Shown here: positions 16,375 through 26,110 of the stretch, piece after piece
How the letters are laid out: each line of letters begins with the position of its first letter
How positions within the stretch are numbered: position 1 is the stretch's first letter
From: a bacterium
GTDB lineage: Bacteria > Hinthialibacterota > Hinthialibacteria > Hinthialibacterales > Hinthialibacteraceae
DNA length: 64,000 nt
Assembly: GCA_963662285.2 (NCBI GenBank)
Contig: CAXXMV010000002.1
Coordinates: forward strand, 864,001 to 928,000
Reading direction: 5' to 3'
Position numbers and translations under genes: made by a program
The notes under the pieces: model-generated
What the model saw: only the letters and a program-made list of their open reading frames with translations
The model's database searches: none
Told to the model about the DNA's origin: nothing

Positions 16375-17817
16375 CTATTCCTTCCAGGACGGGACGAACG
16401 ATGCGCCGGTGTCTTTGAGCAGTTTTGTTAGGCGTTTCTGCATGTCTTTCCTGACCTCGTAATGAGCGGGATCGTCGATCAGGTTATTCATCTCTTTGGG
16501 ATCGTTTTCTAGATCGTAGAGTTCGTTGAGATCGAAGACGCCGTGATAGTGCATGTATTTGTATTTCTCGGTGCGGACTCCGAAGACGGTGGGCGTCTGG
16601 GGGAAAGCCTCTTCCCAGAAATATTCGTAGAGCATGGCTTCACGCCATTTTGGGTCTTCACCCTTGAGTATGGGTAGGAAAGATTCTCCCTGCATAGATT
16701 CCGGGGTAGAGACGCCGGCCGCTTCCAGGATAGTGGGGCCGATATCGATGTTTAGAGCGATGCGGCTGGTTTTGCTATCCGGTTTGATCATATCAGGACA
16801 ATGCGCCAGTAGGGGAACGCGGATTGACTCTTCGTACATGCAGCGTTTGTCGATTAGACCGTGTTCGCCATGCAGGAAGCCGTTATCGCCCATGAAGAGG
16901 ATCAGGGTGTCATCAAGAATGCCCTGTTCTTCCAGGGTATTCATCAGGCGTCCGATGCTGTCGTCAACCGCCAGCATGGTGCGGTTGTAGTCGATGATGA
17001 AGCGGTCGAAATAGGTGTGGTCGTGATACATATAATCCACGCCGTGCCAGCTGTGGCGTTGACGTTTGACCCATAGTGGTTTGCCTTTGTAATTTTCCTC
17101 GGTGTCGGCCATGGAGTCGGGGTAATCGATTTTGACATCGGAATAAGCGTCCTTGTGGCGTTCGGCGGGATAGAAATCAGCGTGAACCGCTTTATGGGAT
17201 AGATACATAAAGAAGGGCTTATCTTTATCCTGTTTTATATAATCAGAAGCATAATCGGTGAGGATGTCGGTCATGTAGCCTTGGCGGGGGACTGATTTGC
17301 CATTGATGTTGAATGTCGGGTTGTTGTAGACGCCCTGACCTCGGAAACTGACCCAGTGGTTGAATCCGGGGCGCGGTTCGTCGCTGCTGCCGCCCATGTG
17401 CCATTTACCGATGAAAGCGGTATCGTAACCGTTCTTTTGCAGTTCGATGGGGAAGGTGGCGGTGTTGGCGGGCAGTAGAGTTGAGTTGTTCATAACTCCA
17501 TGCGTATGAGCATATTGCCCGCTCATGACGCTGGCCCGGCTGGGCGAGCAGAGCGAGGTGGTGACGTAAGCATGGTTGAAGAACATACCTCCCTTGGCTA
17601 ACCGGTCGAGGTTGGGTGTTTTAAGGAAAGGGTGTCCCATGCAACTCATGGAATCGAAGCGCATATCGTCGATCAGGATGAAGATGATGTTGCGTTTTTT
17701 CTGAGCAGCGTTGGCGGTTGAATTAATAACGGTGTTCATAATAGGCAATCCCGCTCCGACTGCTGCGGTGGATTTTAGAAAGTTTCTTCTTGAAGTTTGT
17801 GTGGTCGTCTGGCTCAT
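16375..17817 (-). CDS. Tat-exported formylglycine sulfatase (N-acetylglucosamine-6-sulfatase-like)
   Basis: SRRNFLK Tat motif; CSPSRAS signature; GKWH, HKAVH, GDNG, DKR..YEESIRVP. Confidence 0.92.
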   Translation of the reverse strand: MSQTTTQTSRRNFLKSTAAVGAGLPIMNTVINSTANAAQKKRNIIFILIDDMRFDSMSCMGHPFLKTPNLDRLAKGGMFFNHAYVTTSLCSPSRASVMSGQYAHTHGVMNNSTLLPANTATFPIELQKNGYDTAFIGKWHMGGSSDEPRPGFNHWVSFRGQGVYNNPTFNINGKSVPRQGYMTDILTDYASDYIKQDKDKPFFMYLSHKAVHADFYPAERHKDAYSDVKIDYPDSMADTEENYKGKPLWVKRQRHSWHGVDYMYHDHTYFDRFIIDYNRTMLAVDDSIGRLMNTLEEQGILDDTLILFMGDNGFLHGEHGLIDKRCMYEESIRVPLLAHCPDMIKPDSKTSRIALNIDIGPTILEAAGVSTPESMQGESFLPILKGEDPKWREAMLYEYFWEEAFPQTPTVFGVRTEKYKYMHYHGVFDLNELYDLENDPKEMNNLIDDPAHYEVRKDMQKRLTKLLKDTGASFVPSWKE

Positions 17818-17831
17818 GATTTCCGCCCTCC

Positions 17832-18563
17832 TTACATGTTATTAATTAGTTCCCAGCGTTTTTTTGCGATGTTTAATTGTTTAGCGCCGCCTAACGATTT
17901 GATGATTTCCGCCGCCATGATGCGGTTGCCGCGTGGATTCATGTGAACGCCATCAGTGGTGAGTAGTCTGTCGTCTCGTAGTTTTTTCTCATACCAACTA
18001 ATGAATATTGCATTTAGATCGCATAAGATGATTTTTTTGTCTTTAGCCAGTTGACGAAGAAAGGCATTATAAGGTTTCAGTTTCTGATTTTGGGGGCTAT
18101 CGATTTTCTCGTATATCGGGGTGGCGGTGAGAAGAATCACTTTAGCGCCTGAATCGAGGCATTTATCGACGATTTCAGTCATATTCTTTTGGTATTCAGG
18201 AAGCGGAACGCCAGTGGGCTTCTCTTTGAAAGAGTGCCATACATCGTTGACTCCACAGGAGATGCTGATCCAGGTGGGATTATGTGAAAGTACGTCTTTT
18301 TGAAGACGAGCCAGCATATCGTTGGATTTGTGGCCGCCGATTCCGGCGTTGATGACATCGACTTCGTAACCGTTGACGTCGCAGAAAATTTTAAACAAAG
18401 TAGTGTAACCTTCAGGTCCTTTGCCCGCTTGAGTGATGCTGTCGCCCAGAAAGACGATAGAATCGCCGTCATGCAACAGGAATCCCTGAGCTGAGCCGGG
18501 TTGGGGCAATCCAGTCAAAACCAGGGCGAACATGCTTAAAATGATAATGGTACGAATGCTCAT
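17832..18563 (-). CDS. Secreted SGNH/GDSL hydrolase
   Basis: Signal peptide; FLGDSIT, NAGIGG, GVNDV, DGVH blocks. Confidence 0.92.
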   Translation of the reverse strand: MSIRTIIILSMFALVLTGLPQPGSAQGFLLHDGDSIVFLGDSITQAGKGPEGYTTLFKIFCDVNGYEVDVINAGIGGHKSNDMLARLQKDVLSHNPTWISISCGVNDVWHSFKEKPTGVPLPEYQKNMTEIVDKCLDSGAKVILLTATPIYEKIDSPQNQKLKPYNAFLRQLAKDKKIILCDLNAIFISWYEKKLRDDRLLTTDGVHMNPRGNRIMAAEIIKSLGGAKQLNIAKKRWELINNM

Positions 18564-18776
18564 TTTGCTCTCCTTTAAATTCTTCTCCTATGAAATAAGC
18601 GAGATTGTTTTATCTATTAGTACACCATAGCATAGAAAATCGTAGGATTGAAACGCTTTTGAATGAGTATGTTGGAATGAATATTCTTTCAGGGGTTCAG
18701 TGCGCTCTGCATTTATTTATCGAAGAGATAACATATAAGTATTGTGTTGTCTAAATATTGAAAGGAATTATTCGAT

Positions 18777-21125
18777 ATGACTCATTCAAAGTGTATTTGG
18801 TTTATGCTGATTACGGCTGTTTTATTGATAGGCGTAGGCGACGTGGATGCCAAGCAAGATCCGGTAGTGAAATTGGATTGCCGATTGAAGGCGCTGATTG
18901 GCCGGACTGACGTTACTCAAGCCAAGCCGCAGGCGTTAGTGCAAAAGCTGACTGGTAAAGTATTTGTAGAAGTAAGGTTGCATAGCGCAGATAACAGCGT
19001 CTTGGAGGAATTGAAATCCGCTGGTCTAATAACTCTGGCGAAATATGGCGGATTGGTGACAGGAGTTATTTCGCAAGATAAATTACTTGATCTTGCGGCG
19101 TTGAAGGTTGTATCAACCGTATATCCTTTGCAGCGCCCATTGCTGCGATCCATTGAGGGGCAGGGAGTGGCATCAACCAGAATGGATATATTGAGAGAAA
19201 CCACGCCGGGATTTGATGGAACGGGCGTTAAAGTTGGAATTATGTCAGATTCATTTGGCGCAGTGTCAGAAGCCACGCCGATTATTGATGATATCGATGA
19301 TGATGGCATCCTGGAAATAGTGGGCACTGATTCTCAACTGGCGGGAGAAGTTCCAGCGGCGGTTGAATTGATTCATGATGGGACGCCGGAGTTTGATGAA
19401 GAAGGCAACCCATATCCGATGGAAGATTTATATACCGATGAAGGACGCGCTATGGCGGAAATCGTGCATGAAATGGCGCCGGGCGCTGAGATTGCATTTC
19501 ACTCAGCGTTTCTGGGAGTTGCTTCATGGGCTGATGGAGTTTTGAAACTGGCTGATGCGGGATGCCAGGTATTGGTCGATGATGTTATTTATTTGACCAT
19601 GTCGGCATATCAGGACGGTGAATTGTCGCAAGCAATCGAGCAGGCCGTTAAAGAACATGATATTGTCTACTTATCCGCTGCTGGAAATGCCCGCGCCCAG
19701 GCGGTAGAGATGGCCTATAATGATATTGATCCAGATAATGATGATGGCCCCATGGCTAAAATCCCTAAAGGAAATGATTATCATAATTGGAATCCAGAGG
19801 GTTTCGATGATACGCTTAATGTATTAATTGAACCGGGACGATCGGTTCGTTTTAGTCTTTTTTGGGAGAATCCCTATAGCGGAACGCTTGGCGCTGGAGC
19901 CACGACGGATTATGACCTTTATATTCTTGATGAAAATGGGAGTATGATAACAAGTTCAGATAATACTCAGGGAACAATTGAAGCGCCGATGGGCGATCCC
20001 TATGAGTTTACCGGCATTTACAATTACAGCGAAACGGATGATCTTCATATAAAAATCGTGGTCAATAAACATCATGGTCCTGCGGTTAATTTTAAGTTGA
20101 TGTTTTGGGGTGGAGGCATTAGTATATCACAGGCGGTACGCAGCCATGATCCAACAATGATGATCGGGCATAATAAGTCTGATTATGTCATGAATGTCGC
20201 CGCAGTGAATTTTAATGAAGCTGATTCTAATGGCGAGCGACAGAATAATCCCAGGCGTGTTGATCCTACCTTCTATACTTCGCTAGGCGGCTATACGGCG
20301 ATTCTCTTCTCGGCGACAGGAGAAACATTGGCAGAGCCGGAATATCGCTTCGCTCCAGATATTGCCAGCATTGACGGCGCCAACACATCATTCTTCTGGG
20401 CTGACAGCGATATCGATGATGATGATTTACCTAACTTTTTTGGAACATCCGCTGCGGCGCCTCATGCCGCTGCTATTGCAGCCCTAATGAGGCAAGCCAA
20501 TCCCGCGTTGTCTTCCAAAGAAATCTGCGATTTGATGCGCGAAGCGGCTACGGATATCTATTTACCTGGCGTTGATTTTTATACCGGCTGGGGATTCTTA
20601 TATGCTGATGATGCAGTGCGGGCGGTTCCTAATCCAATCACGCCTCCCGAACCTACGCCTATCGTTACTCCGACTGTAACGCCGACGCCGACTCCAGAGC
20701 CTACGCAAACTCCGGTTCCGATAGAAGATATTATTTCTGGAAGCGCTGATCTGGGCGTCAATCAGGTAATCGTAACTGATAATGTTTTATCTCTAACCGA
20801 TTTAAGCAGAGGTACGGATTATGATGACGTAGAGAAGCCGGATTTGGTTATTCGCTGGAATATCGTATTGAGCGATGTTAAAGATTACCATGTTTATGTG
20901 AAGGTGGATGATCAACCATTGCAGTATCTGGGACGCACAGATGATCCGAATGCGAACAGATTTGTATGGAAAGCAAATCGACCAAAGATAAATGCGGCTT
21001 TTGCTGGTGGTCCTTTGTTCGGCCATGATTATGCGTTTCATGTATTTGTCATTTCCAATAGCGGCAATCCCCCGTATTACGGGCCATTTTCCACTATTGG
21101 TTCAGTGAAATTAGAAGAGCTGTAA
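18777..21125 (+). CDS. Secreted S8/S53-like serine peptidase with Pro/Thr linker and C-terminal beta domain
   Basis: Signal peptide; VGIMSDSF, DEGRAMAEIVH, SAAGN, FFGTSAAAPH; TPEPTP linker. Confidence 0.88.
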   Translation: MTHSKCIWFMLITAVLLIGVGDVDAKQDPVVKLDCRLKALIGRTDVTQAKPQALVQKLTGKVFVEVRLHSADNSVLEELKSAGLITLAKYGGLVTGVISQDKLLDLAALKVVSTVYPLQRPLLRSIEGQGVASTRMDILRETTPGFDGTGVKVGIMSDSFGAVSEATPIIDDIDDDGILEIVGTDSQLAGEVPAAVELIHDGTPEFDEEGNPYPMEDLYTDEGRAMAEIVHEMAPGAEIAFHSAFLGVASWADGVLKLADAGCQVLVDDVIYLTMSAYQDGELSQAIEQAVKEHDIVYLSAAGNARAQAVEMAYNDIDPDNDDGPMAKIPKGNDYHNWNPEGFDDTLNVLIEPGRSVRFSLFWENPYSGTLGAGATTDYDLYILDENGSMITSSDNTQGTIEAPMGDPYEFTGIYNYSETDDLHIKIVVNKHHGPAVNFKLMFWGGGISISQAVRSHDPTMMIGHNKSDYVMNVAAVNFNEADSNGERQNNPRRVDPTFYTSLGGYTAILFSATGETLAEPEYRFAPDIASIDGANTSFFWADSDIDDDDLPNFFGTSAAAPHAAAIAALMRQANPALSSKEICDLMREAATDIYLPGVDFYTGWGFLYADDAVRAVPNPITPPEPTPIVTPTVTPTPTPEPTQTPVPIEDIISGSADLGVNQVIVTDNVLSLTDLSRGTDYDDVEKPDLVIRWNIVLSDVKDYHVYVKVDDQPLQYLGRTDDPNANRFVWKANRPKINAAFAGGPLFGHDYAFHVFVISNSGNPPYYGPFSTIGSVKLEEL

Positions 21126-21151
21126 ATTTGTTTTTTTTATTATTATTATGA

Positions 21152-21183
21152 AAGGGTGGGGCCGTGGGGCTTCACCCTTTTTT
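21152..21183 (+). terminator. Intrinsic terminator
   Basis: AAGGGTGGGGCC-GTG-GGGCTTCACCCTT followed by a T tract. Confidence 0.7.
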
Positions 21184-21206
21184 ACCTTTTGGGGTTTTGT
21201 GAGTTT

Positions 21207-21233
21207 CGGGCGCCCACAAGGGGCGCGCCCTAC
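21207..21233 (-). repeat. GTAG-type REP
   Basis: CGGGCGCCCACAAGGGGCGCGCCCTAC. Confidence 0.8.
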
Positions 21234-21425
21234 ATGGATTGCCGGATGGTTAGAAGACTGTGCGTCCATGACATGAATCTCAACAAAACATATTTAAGAT
21301 CAATGGATACTTTGCTTGATCAACCTATAAATCTGCTTTTTTATGGCTTATATTATTGATCGTATGTTTTGGGTTATTGGCCCAAATATATAATACTATA
21401 AAAAAATATATTTCGGGATGAACTG

Positions 21426-22970
21426 ATGCAACTTGCTGCGTTGACAGGAATTGATTACGCAATGATGATCGGCTACCTGGTTTTATCAATCGGGTTGGGG
21501 ATCTATCTGGGTAAGAATATCAAGACCGGCAAAGATTACTTTCTGGCCGGACGAAGCCTGCCATGGTGGGCGGTGGGGATGTCAATGGTGGTGTCTGATA
21601 TTGGCGCCATTGATATTGTAGGCATCGCCGGTTCGGCGTATATCTACGGTATAGTGGTAGGCAACTACGACTGGATCGGGTGTATCCCGGTAATGATAAT
21701 CTGTGGATTTGTCTTTATACCCTATTTCTGGCGTTCGGAAGTTTATACCATACCGGAATTTCTGGGCAAACGCTTCAATGTGGGAGTTCGCACCATATCA
21801 GCTGTAATTTGGGGCTTCTTTCTGGCTTGCAACCTGGGCATCATGCTATACGCCACGGCGGTCATGATGAACACTATGCTGGGTTGGGGCGTAGGCGTAT
21901 CCATCATAATCAGCGCAGTGTTGATTGGTCTTTATACGCTGATCGGTGGATTGAAGGCGGTGGTTTACACTGATGCGCTGCAATGCGTGGTTATGATGGC
22001 AGGCTGCACTATGGTGTTGTTTATCGGTCTGTATCATGCCGGCGGCGTCTTTGCTTTCGTCAATACGGTGCATGATTTAGGCGTTGAATATAAAGACCAT
22101 TTTAACCTTATTCTTCCGGTTGATACTGATTCTCCCCATCCCTGGACCGGCATCTTATTGGGGCTTGGGATGGTATTGGCGCCAGCCTACTGGTTCGGTA
22201 ACCAATCCATCCTGCAACGCTGCCTGGGCGCAAAATCTGAATTTGAAGCCAAAGCCTCTTTTATGTGGGGCGCATTGCTTAAGATAGCGATCCCGATGAT
22301 TATGGTTGTTCCGGGCATCATCGTTTTGACTCATAATCCTAATATCGAACAAGCCGATTTTGCACTGCCTACTTTGATCCGCGATACTCTGCCGACTGGC
22401 GTGTTAGGGATTTTCTTTGCGGCGTTTCTGGCGGCTCTGATGTCGAGCGTCGATTCATGCCTCAATTCAGCGTCCACCCTTTGGGTAAAGGATATCTACC
22501 AGCGCTTTTTCGTTCCAAACAAGGATGACCGCCATTATCTGGTTATCGGACGGATACTGACGCTGATATTCACTGTGTGGGGAATTTTATTCGCCTTCTG
22601 GATTTCCGGGCTGAAAGATCAAGAGAGCATTTATAATATTATTCAAACCATACTCTCTCTGTTCCAGGGACCGAGTCTGGTGCTGATTTTGACAGGCGTT
22701 CTATGGAGCAGGACAACCGGCATCGGGGCGCTGGTTGGTTTGGTAAGCGGTCTAATCACTTCCTCCGGGCTGCTCATAATTCACAATTACGCTACCGTGC
22801 CGTTATTCCAGATACAGGATCCTTTTTTATTCATCGCCTTATGGTCGTTCCTGGTTTCGCTGGTTCTCACAATTGTGGTAAGTCTGCTAACTCCACGCGA
22901 ACCGGATGAGAAACTGGTTGGTTTGGTGTATCGTTATAAAGGGAGAAATGAAAATGCAAACGCTGATTGA
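21426..22970 (+). CDS. Sodium:solute symporter (SLC5/SSS family, probably sugar)
   Basis: DYFLAGRSLPWW, TIPEFLGKRF, GGLKAVVYTD, NQSILQRCL, AALMSSVDSCLNSAST. Confidence 0.95.
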   Translation: MQLAALTGIDYAMMIGYLVLSIGLGIYLGKNIKTGKDYFLAGRSLPWWAVGMSMVVSDIGAIDIVGIAGSAYIYGIVVGNYDWIGCIPVMIICGFVFIPYFWRSEVYTIPEFLGKRFNVGVRTISAVIWGFFLACNLGIMLYATAVMMNTMLGWGVGVSIIISAVLIGLYTLIGGLKAVVYTDALQCVVMMAGCTMVLFIGLYHAGGVFAFVNTVHDLGVEYKDHFNLILPVDTDSPHPWTGILLGLGMVLAPAYWFGNQSILQRCLGAKSEFEAKASFMWGALLKIAIPMIMVVPGIIVLTHNPNIEQADFALPTLIRDTLPTGVLGIFFAAFLAALMSSVDSCLNSASTLWVKDIYQRFFVPNKDDRHYLVIGRILTLIFTVWGILFAFWISGLKDQESIYNIIQTILSLFQGPSLVLILTGVLWSRTTGIGALVGLVSGLITSSGLLIIHNYATVPLFQIQDPFLFIALWSFLVSLVLTIVVSLLTPREPDEKLVGLVYRYKGRNENANAD

Positions 22971-23214
22971 TGCAATAGCCAATATACTGCGCGTTCCCGG
23001 AGATTATCTGCGTGAACTTACTTTGATGATTCCCCACTCGGCGGCGCGAACCATTTTCATACTCTATTTTGCGGCCTTGCTGGTATGGGTGCTGACTATG
23101 CCCAAATCTGAAGTGTGCGGCGTTTTGCCGGGAAAGAAGGAACCGATTGACCTTCGTCCTTACGCCGCCGCTGCTCTAATCGGCCAGATTATGATCTATT
23201 CGCTCTTTTCTTGA
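22954..23214 (+). CDS. Small membrane protein overlapping the SSS gene
   Basis: 86 aa, two hydrophobic segments, GGGAG RBS, overlaps the symporter stop codon. Confidence 0.65.
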   Translation: MQTLIDAIANILRVPGDYLRELTLMIPHSAARTIFILYFAALLVWVLTMPKSEVCGVLPGKKEPIDLRPYAAAALIGQIMIYSLFS

Positions 23215-23325
23215 TGGGATGGTTTGTGCTTGTGCTTCGGTTGTTTACCCCCCCCCCCCCCGATCCTCGCTCATTACCAGAGGGCTGATCTTCAGGGAGT
23301 GATTTTGAAATATGTAGGTGGTTGC

Positions 23326-23367
23326 ATCAAGGGCTGACCGCCATGCGGTCTTGCCCTTGGCGCCCAG
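23326..23367 (+). repeat. 42-bp palindromic REP-like repeat, copy 3
   Basis: ATCAAGGGCTGACCGCCATGCGGTCTTGCCCTTGGCGCCCAG. Confidence 0.85.
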
Positions 23368-23392
23368 CCTGTGAATAGATCATGAGTGATTT

Positions 23393-23513
23393 CGGGCGCC
23401 AACAATGTCATTAACTTTGGTTATTGGAATGTCCCCCTCACCTTTATCCTCTCCCAGAGGGAGAGAGGATAACACGGTTAACTTAATGACATTGCCACGA
23501 GAGGCGCCCCTAC
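23393..23513 (-). repeat. GTAG-type REP interrupted by a MITE
   Basis: CGGGCGCCAA [MITE] CCACGAGAGGCGCCCCTAC. Confidence 0.75.
23403..23494. mobile_element. 92-bp MITE with IS4-like TIRs carrying a CCCTCTCCC hairpin
   Basis: CAATGTCATTAACTT ... AACTTAATGACATTG; internal CCCCTCACCTTTATCCTCTCCCAGAGGGAGAGAGG. Confidence 0.75.
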
Positions 23514-24587
23514 CTATCCTTCAATCTCCTCCACCCAGGTCTCTGCGCCGAAGAAGTCTATATTGAAATCAATGATGGTTCCGCCTTCTTTCTGCAGAGC
23601 GCGGCGCACCTGATGTTCGCGTTCCGGGCTGCAATAAAATAGAACGCATCCACCGCCCCCAGCGCCGCAGGCTTTGCCTCCAATAGCGCCGTTTTGGAAT
23701 GCCGCGTCGAAGATTCGTTCAATAAAATCATTGGTGACTGATGGATGCAACCGCTTCTGGCAATCCCAATTGCGGTTGAGCAACTTGGCGAAACTGGTCA
23801 TCTTGCCGCCCAACAGGGCGTCTTTCATGCTAAGGACGATTTCCTTCATCTCTTCAATAGCGCCCACTGTTTCTGCATCGCCGTTGTTGAACCGGCCTGT
23901 AACTTTCGCATGGACATCGCCCGACAAGCGCGATTGTCCGGTATAACACAGCACCAGATTCTTCTCTAATTCCAGCGCTACGTCCCGTGATGCTTTCAAT
24001 TTGGATGACCTTACTTCTTCGCCGCGGAATTCCAGAAATTGCATCGATCCAAGAGCGCTGGCGTAATGATCCTGCTTGCCGCCCAGAATGCCTAACTCAT
24101 CCCGTTCGATGCGGCTGGCTTCTTCCGCCAGCTCATAAGCCAGGGGATGCTTTCCGGCATATCGATTGATCGCGGCCAACAGCGCGACGCCCATCGAAGC
24201 TGATGTTCCCAGCCCGCTGCCTGGAGGCGCGATGGACTGGGTTATCAAACTAAACTTTTTCTCCATCCCCAGTTGGCGCACTGCCGCTTTAACCAGGTCC
24301 AGATTTCCGTCATATTCAAATTCGCGAATCGAGGCTGCTTTCACATAGAGATCGTAATCGCTGGAATAGAGGGTGATTCCATGAGGAGGAGACTCGCCCC
24401 GTTCGCGCAGAGGGCTATTTTCGCCTTGGATGAATTCATTTTCGGTGATTGTGACATACGAATAGACATTCAAGGCGGCGTTGACCACGTATCCGGGCGT
24501 CTCCCGGCAAAAGGTCGCTACATCCGTCCATCCACCCGCGAAATCAATGCGCACCGGCGCTCGTGAACGTAAGATTGTTTCTGGCAT
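23514..24587 (-). CDS. GHMP kinase, HddA-like (heptose-7-phosphate kinase/fucokinase group)
   Basis: RAPVRIDFAGGWTD, PPGSGLGTS, GGKQDHY, GGKACGAGGGG. Confidence 0.85.
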   Translation of the reverse strand: MPETILRSRAPVRIDFAGGWTDVATFCRETPGYVVNAALNVYSYVTITENEFIQGENSPLRERGESPPHGITLYSSDYDLYVKAASIREFEYDGNLDLVKAAVRQLGMEKKFSLITQSIAPPGSGLGTSASMGVALLAAINRYAGKHPLAYELAEEASRIERDELGILGGKQDHYASALGSMQFLEFRGEEVRSSKLKASRDVALELEKNLVLCYTGQSRLSGDVHAKVTGRFNNGDAETVGAIEEMKEIVLSMKDALLGGKMTSFAKLLNRNWDCQKRLHPSVTNDFIERIFDAAFQNGAIGGKACGAGGGGCVLFYCSPEREHQVRRALQKEGGTIIDFNIDFFGAETWVEEIEG

Positions 24588-24696
24588 CAGTCTCCCCCGT
24601 TAATGAATTTATGCATTATTGATAGAATGTAATAGTTTAGTAAATTAAAGCGTATAATCCTTAATGCTATATATAGGTAATAATTCTCAAATAACC

Positions 24697-24796
24697 GTAG
24701 GGGTAACTCTTGTGGTTACCCGATTAAGAATCCTCTTTGGTTTTACCAATTCCCGGGCGGACCGGCTTATCGGGCGCCCATAAAAAGCGCCCCTAT
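24697..24796. repeat. GTAG-type REP doublet (REPIN-like)
   Basis: GTAGGGGTAACTCTTGTGGTTACCCG ... CGGGCGCCCATAAAAAGCGCCCCTAT; overlaps the stop codon of the DJ-1/PfpI gene. Confidence 0.85.
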
Positions 24797-25374
24797 AGTT
24801 CAACCTTGGTTCCCAGCACTTTGAGGAATTTGGCTAACCATTCGGGATGCGCCGGCCATGCCGGGGCGGTGACCAGGTTGCCATCGACATGAGCTTTATC
24901 AACTTCGATTTGCTGATAAGCTCCGCCAGCCAAAGTCACTTCCGGACCAACTGCCGGGTAAGCGGTGCAGGTCTTTCCTTTTAAGGCGCCCACCGCGGCC
25001 AGTAATTGCAGGCCATGGCAGATGGCGGCGATGGGTTTGTCTGCTGCAACGAAATGCGAAACCATAGCGGTTACTTTTGGATTAAGCCGGAGATACTCAG
25101 GCGCACGTCCTCCGGGGATAACCAGCGCGTCGTAATTTCTGGGATTAATTCCATCGAAATCGGCGTTCAAAGTAAAATTGTGTCCCGGCTTCTCGCTATA
25201 TGTCTGATCGCCTTCAAAATCATGTATGGCGGTGCGTATGGTGTCGCCGGTAACTTTATCCGGGCAGACCGCATGAACCAGATGCCCGATCATGGTTAAC
25301 GCCTGGAATGGCACCATTACTTCATAATCTTCCACATAATCGCCCACGATCATCAATATGTTTTTAGAACCCAT
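24793..25374 (-). CDS. DJ-1/PfpI family protein
   Basis: [48 protein letters not shown]. Confidence 0.93.
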   Translation of the reverse strand: MGSKNILMIVGDYVEDYEVMVPFQALTMIGHLVHAVCPDKVTGDTIRTAIHDFEGDQTYSEKPGHNFTLNADFDGINPRNYDALVIPGGRAPEYLRLNPKVTAMVSHFVAADKPIAAICHGLQLLAAVGALKGKTCTAYPAVGPEVTLAGGAYQQIEVDKAHVDGNLVTAPAWPAHPEWLAKFLKVLGTKVEL

Positions 25375-25460
25375 TATTTATCCTCCAAAATCTGACTGTT
25401 ATTTTAATTCTTATCTATACCAATCATGATCATAATACATTCATGTTGTTTATACAAAGA

Positions 25461-26006
25461 TCACTCACTACTACCTTCGAAATTATTTGGCGTCTGCTTG
25501 GTCAGAAAACTGATAACCCTGTAGGGCTGCCTAATGAAAACATAGGCAATGGCGAATTTGGCGAAAACGATAAACATATTGACGGCGTTTTGTCTAAATA
25601 ACTCTCTCGGCGCAGTTTTATCTGAATACATGACAAACACATTAAGCGTCTCCGCAGATATACTGTGCAATGCCTGAAATAAAATAAAAAGGCCGCATAA
25701 CATAACTGCGAATCCCAGAATTATGGCAGGATCGATGCGGCTAATCTTCTCAGAGGGATTAAGGTCAGATGTCAAGAAAATGCTGATTGGTTTTGCGAAA
25801 ATCCATAATAAAATCGTAAATGAAAACGTAACCAATATAGGTGAAATCTGGCAGAAGGCCATGAAGATATCCTGATTTTCAAGTTGGGAATTACGGGATA
25901 AATAATGCAAGGTGAATCCGAGGCTTCCCAAATATTTCGTGAATTGCAAGCATGCATATATCGAAAAGGCTCTGCAAGTAAAGACGCCTAGTTCATGTTT
26001 TGTCAT
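25461..26006 (-). CDS. Hypothetical four-TM membrane protein
   Basis: 181-aa ORF with four hydrophobic segments. Confidence 0.6.
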   Translation of the reverse strand: MTKHELGVFTCRAFSIYACLQFTKYLGSLGFTLHYLSRNSQLENQDIFMAFCQISPILVTFSFTILLWIFAKPISIFLTSDLNPSEKISRIDPAIILGFAVMLCGLFILFQALHSISAETLNVFVMYSDKTAPRELFRQNAVNMFIVFAKFAIAYVFIRQPYRVISFLTKQTPNNFEGSSE

Positions 26007-26110
26007 TTTCCATACCCCTTATATCACGTTTTCAGATCATAGAATCAGTATTGACAAATCAGCCGTCTTTGGTTTATTCTTAATTAATATAAAAAATGAG
26101 TGGTGGATCT

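Noticed and set aside
23248-23261. C14 homopolymer as a phase-variation switch
   Set aside because: It lies between convergent gene ends, not in a promoter or ORF; it may be repeat decay or a sequencing artefact
24380-24430. REP-derived in-frame insertion (SPLRERGESP) in the GHMP kinase
   Set aside because: Similarity to the CCCTCTCCC repeat is too weak to support
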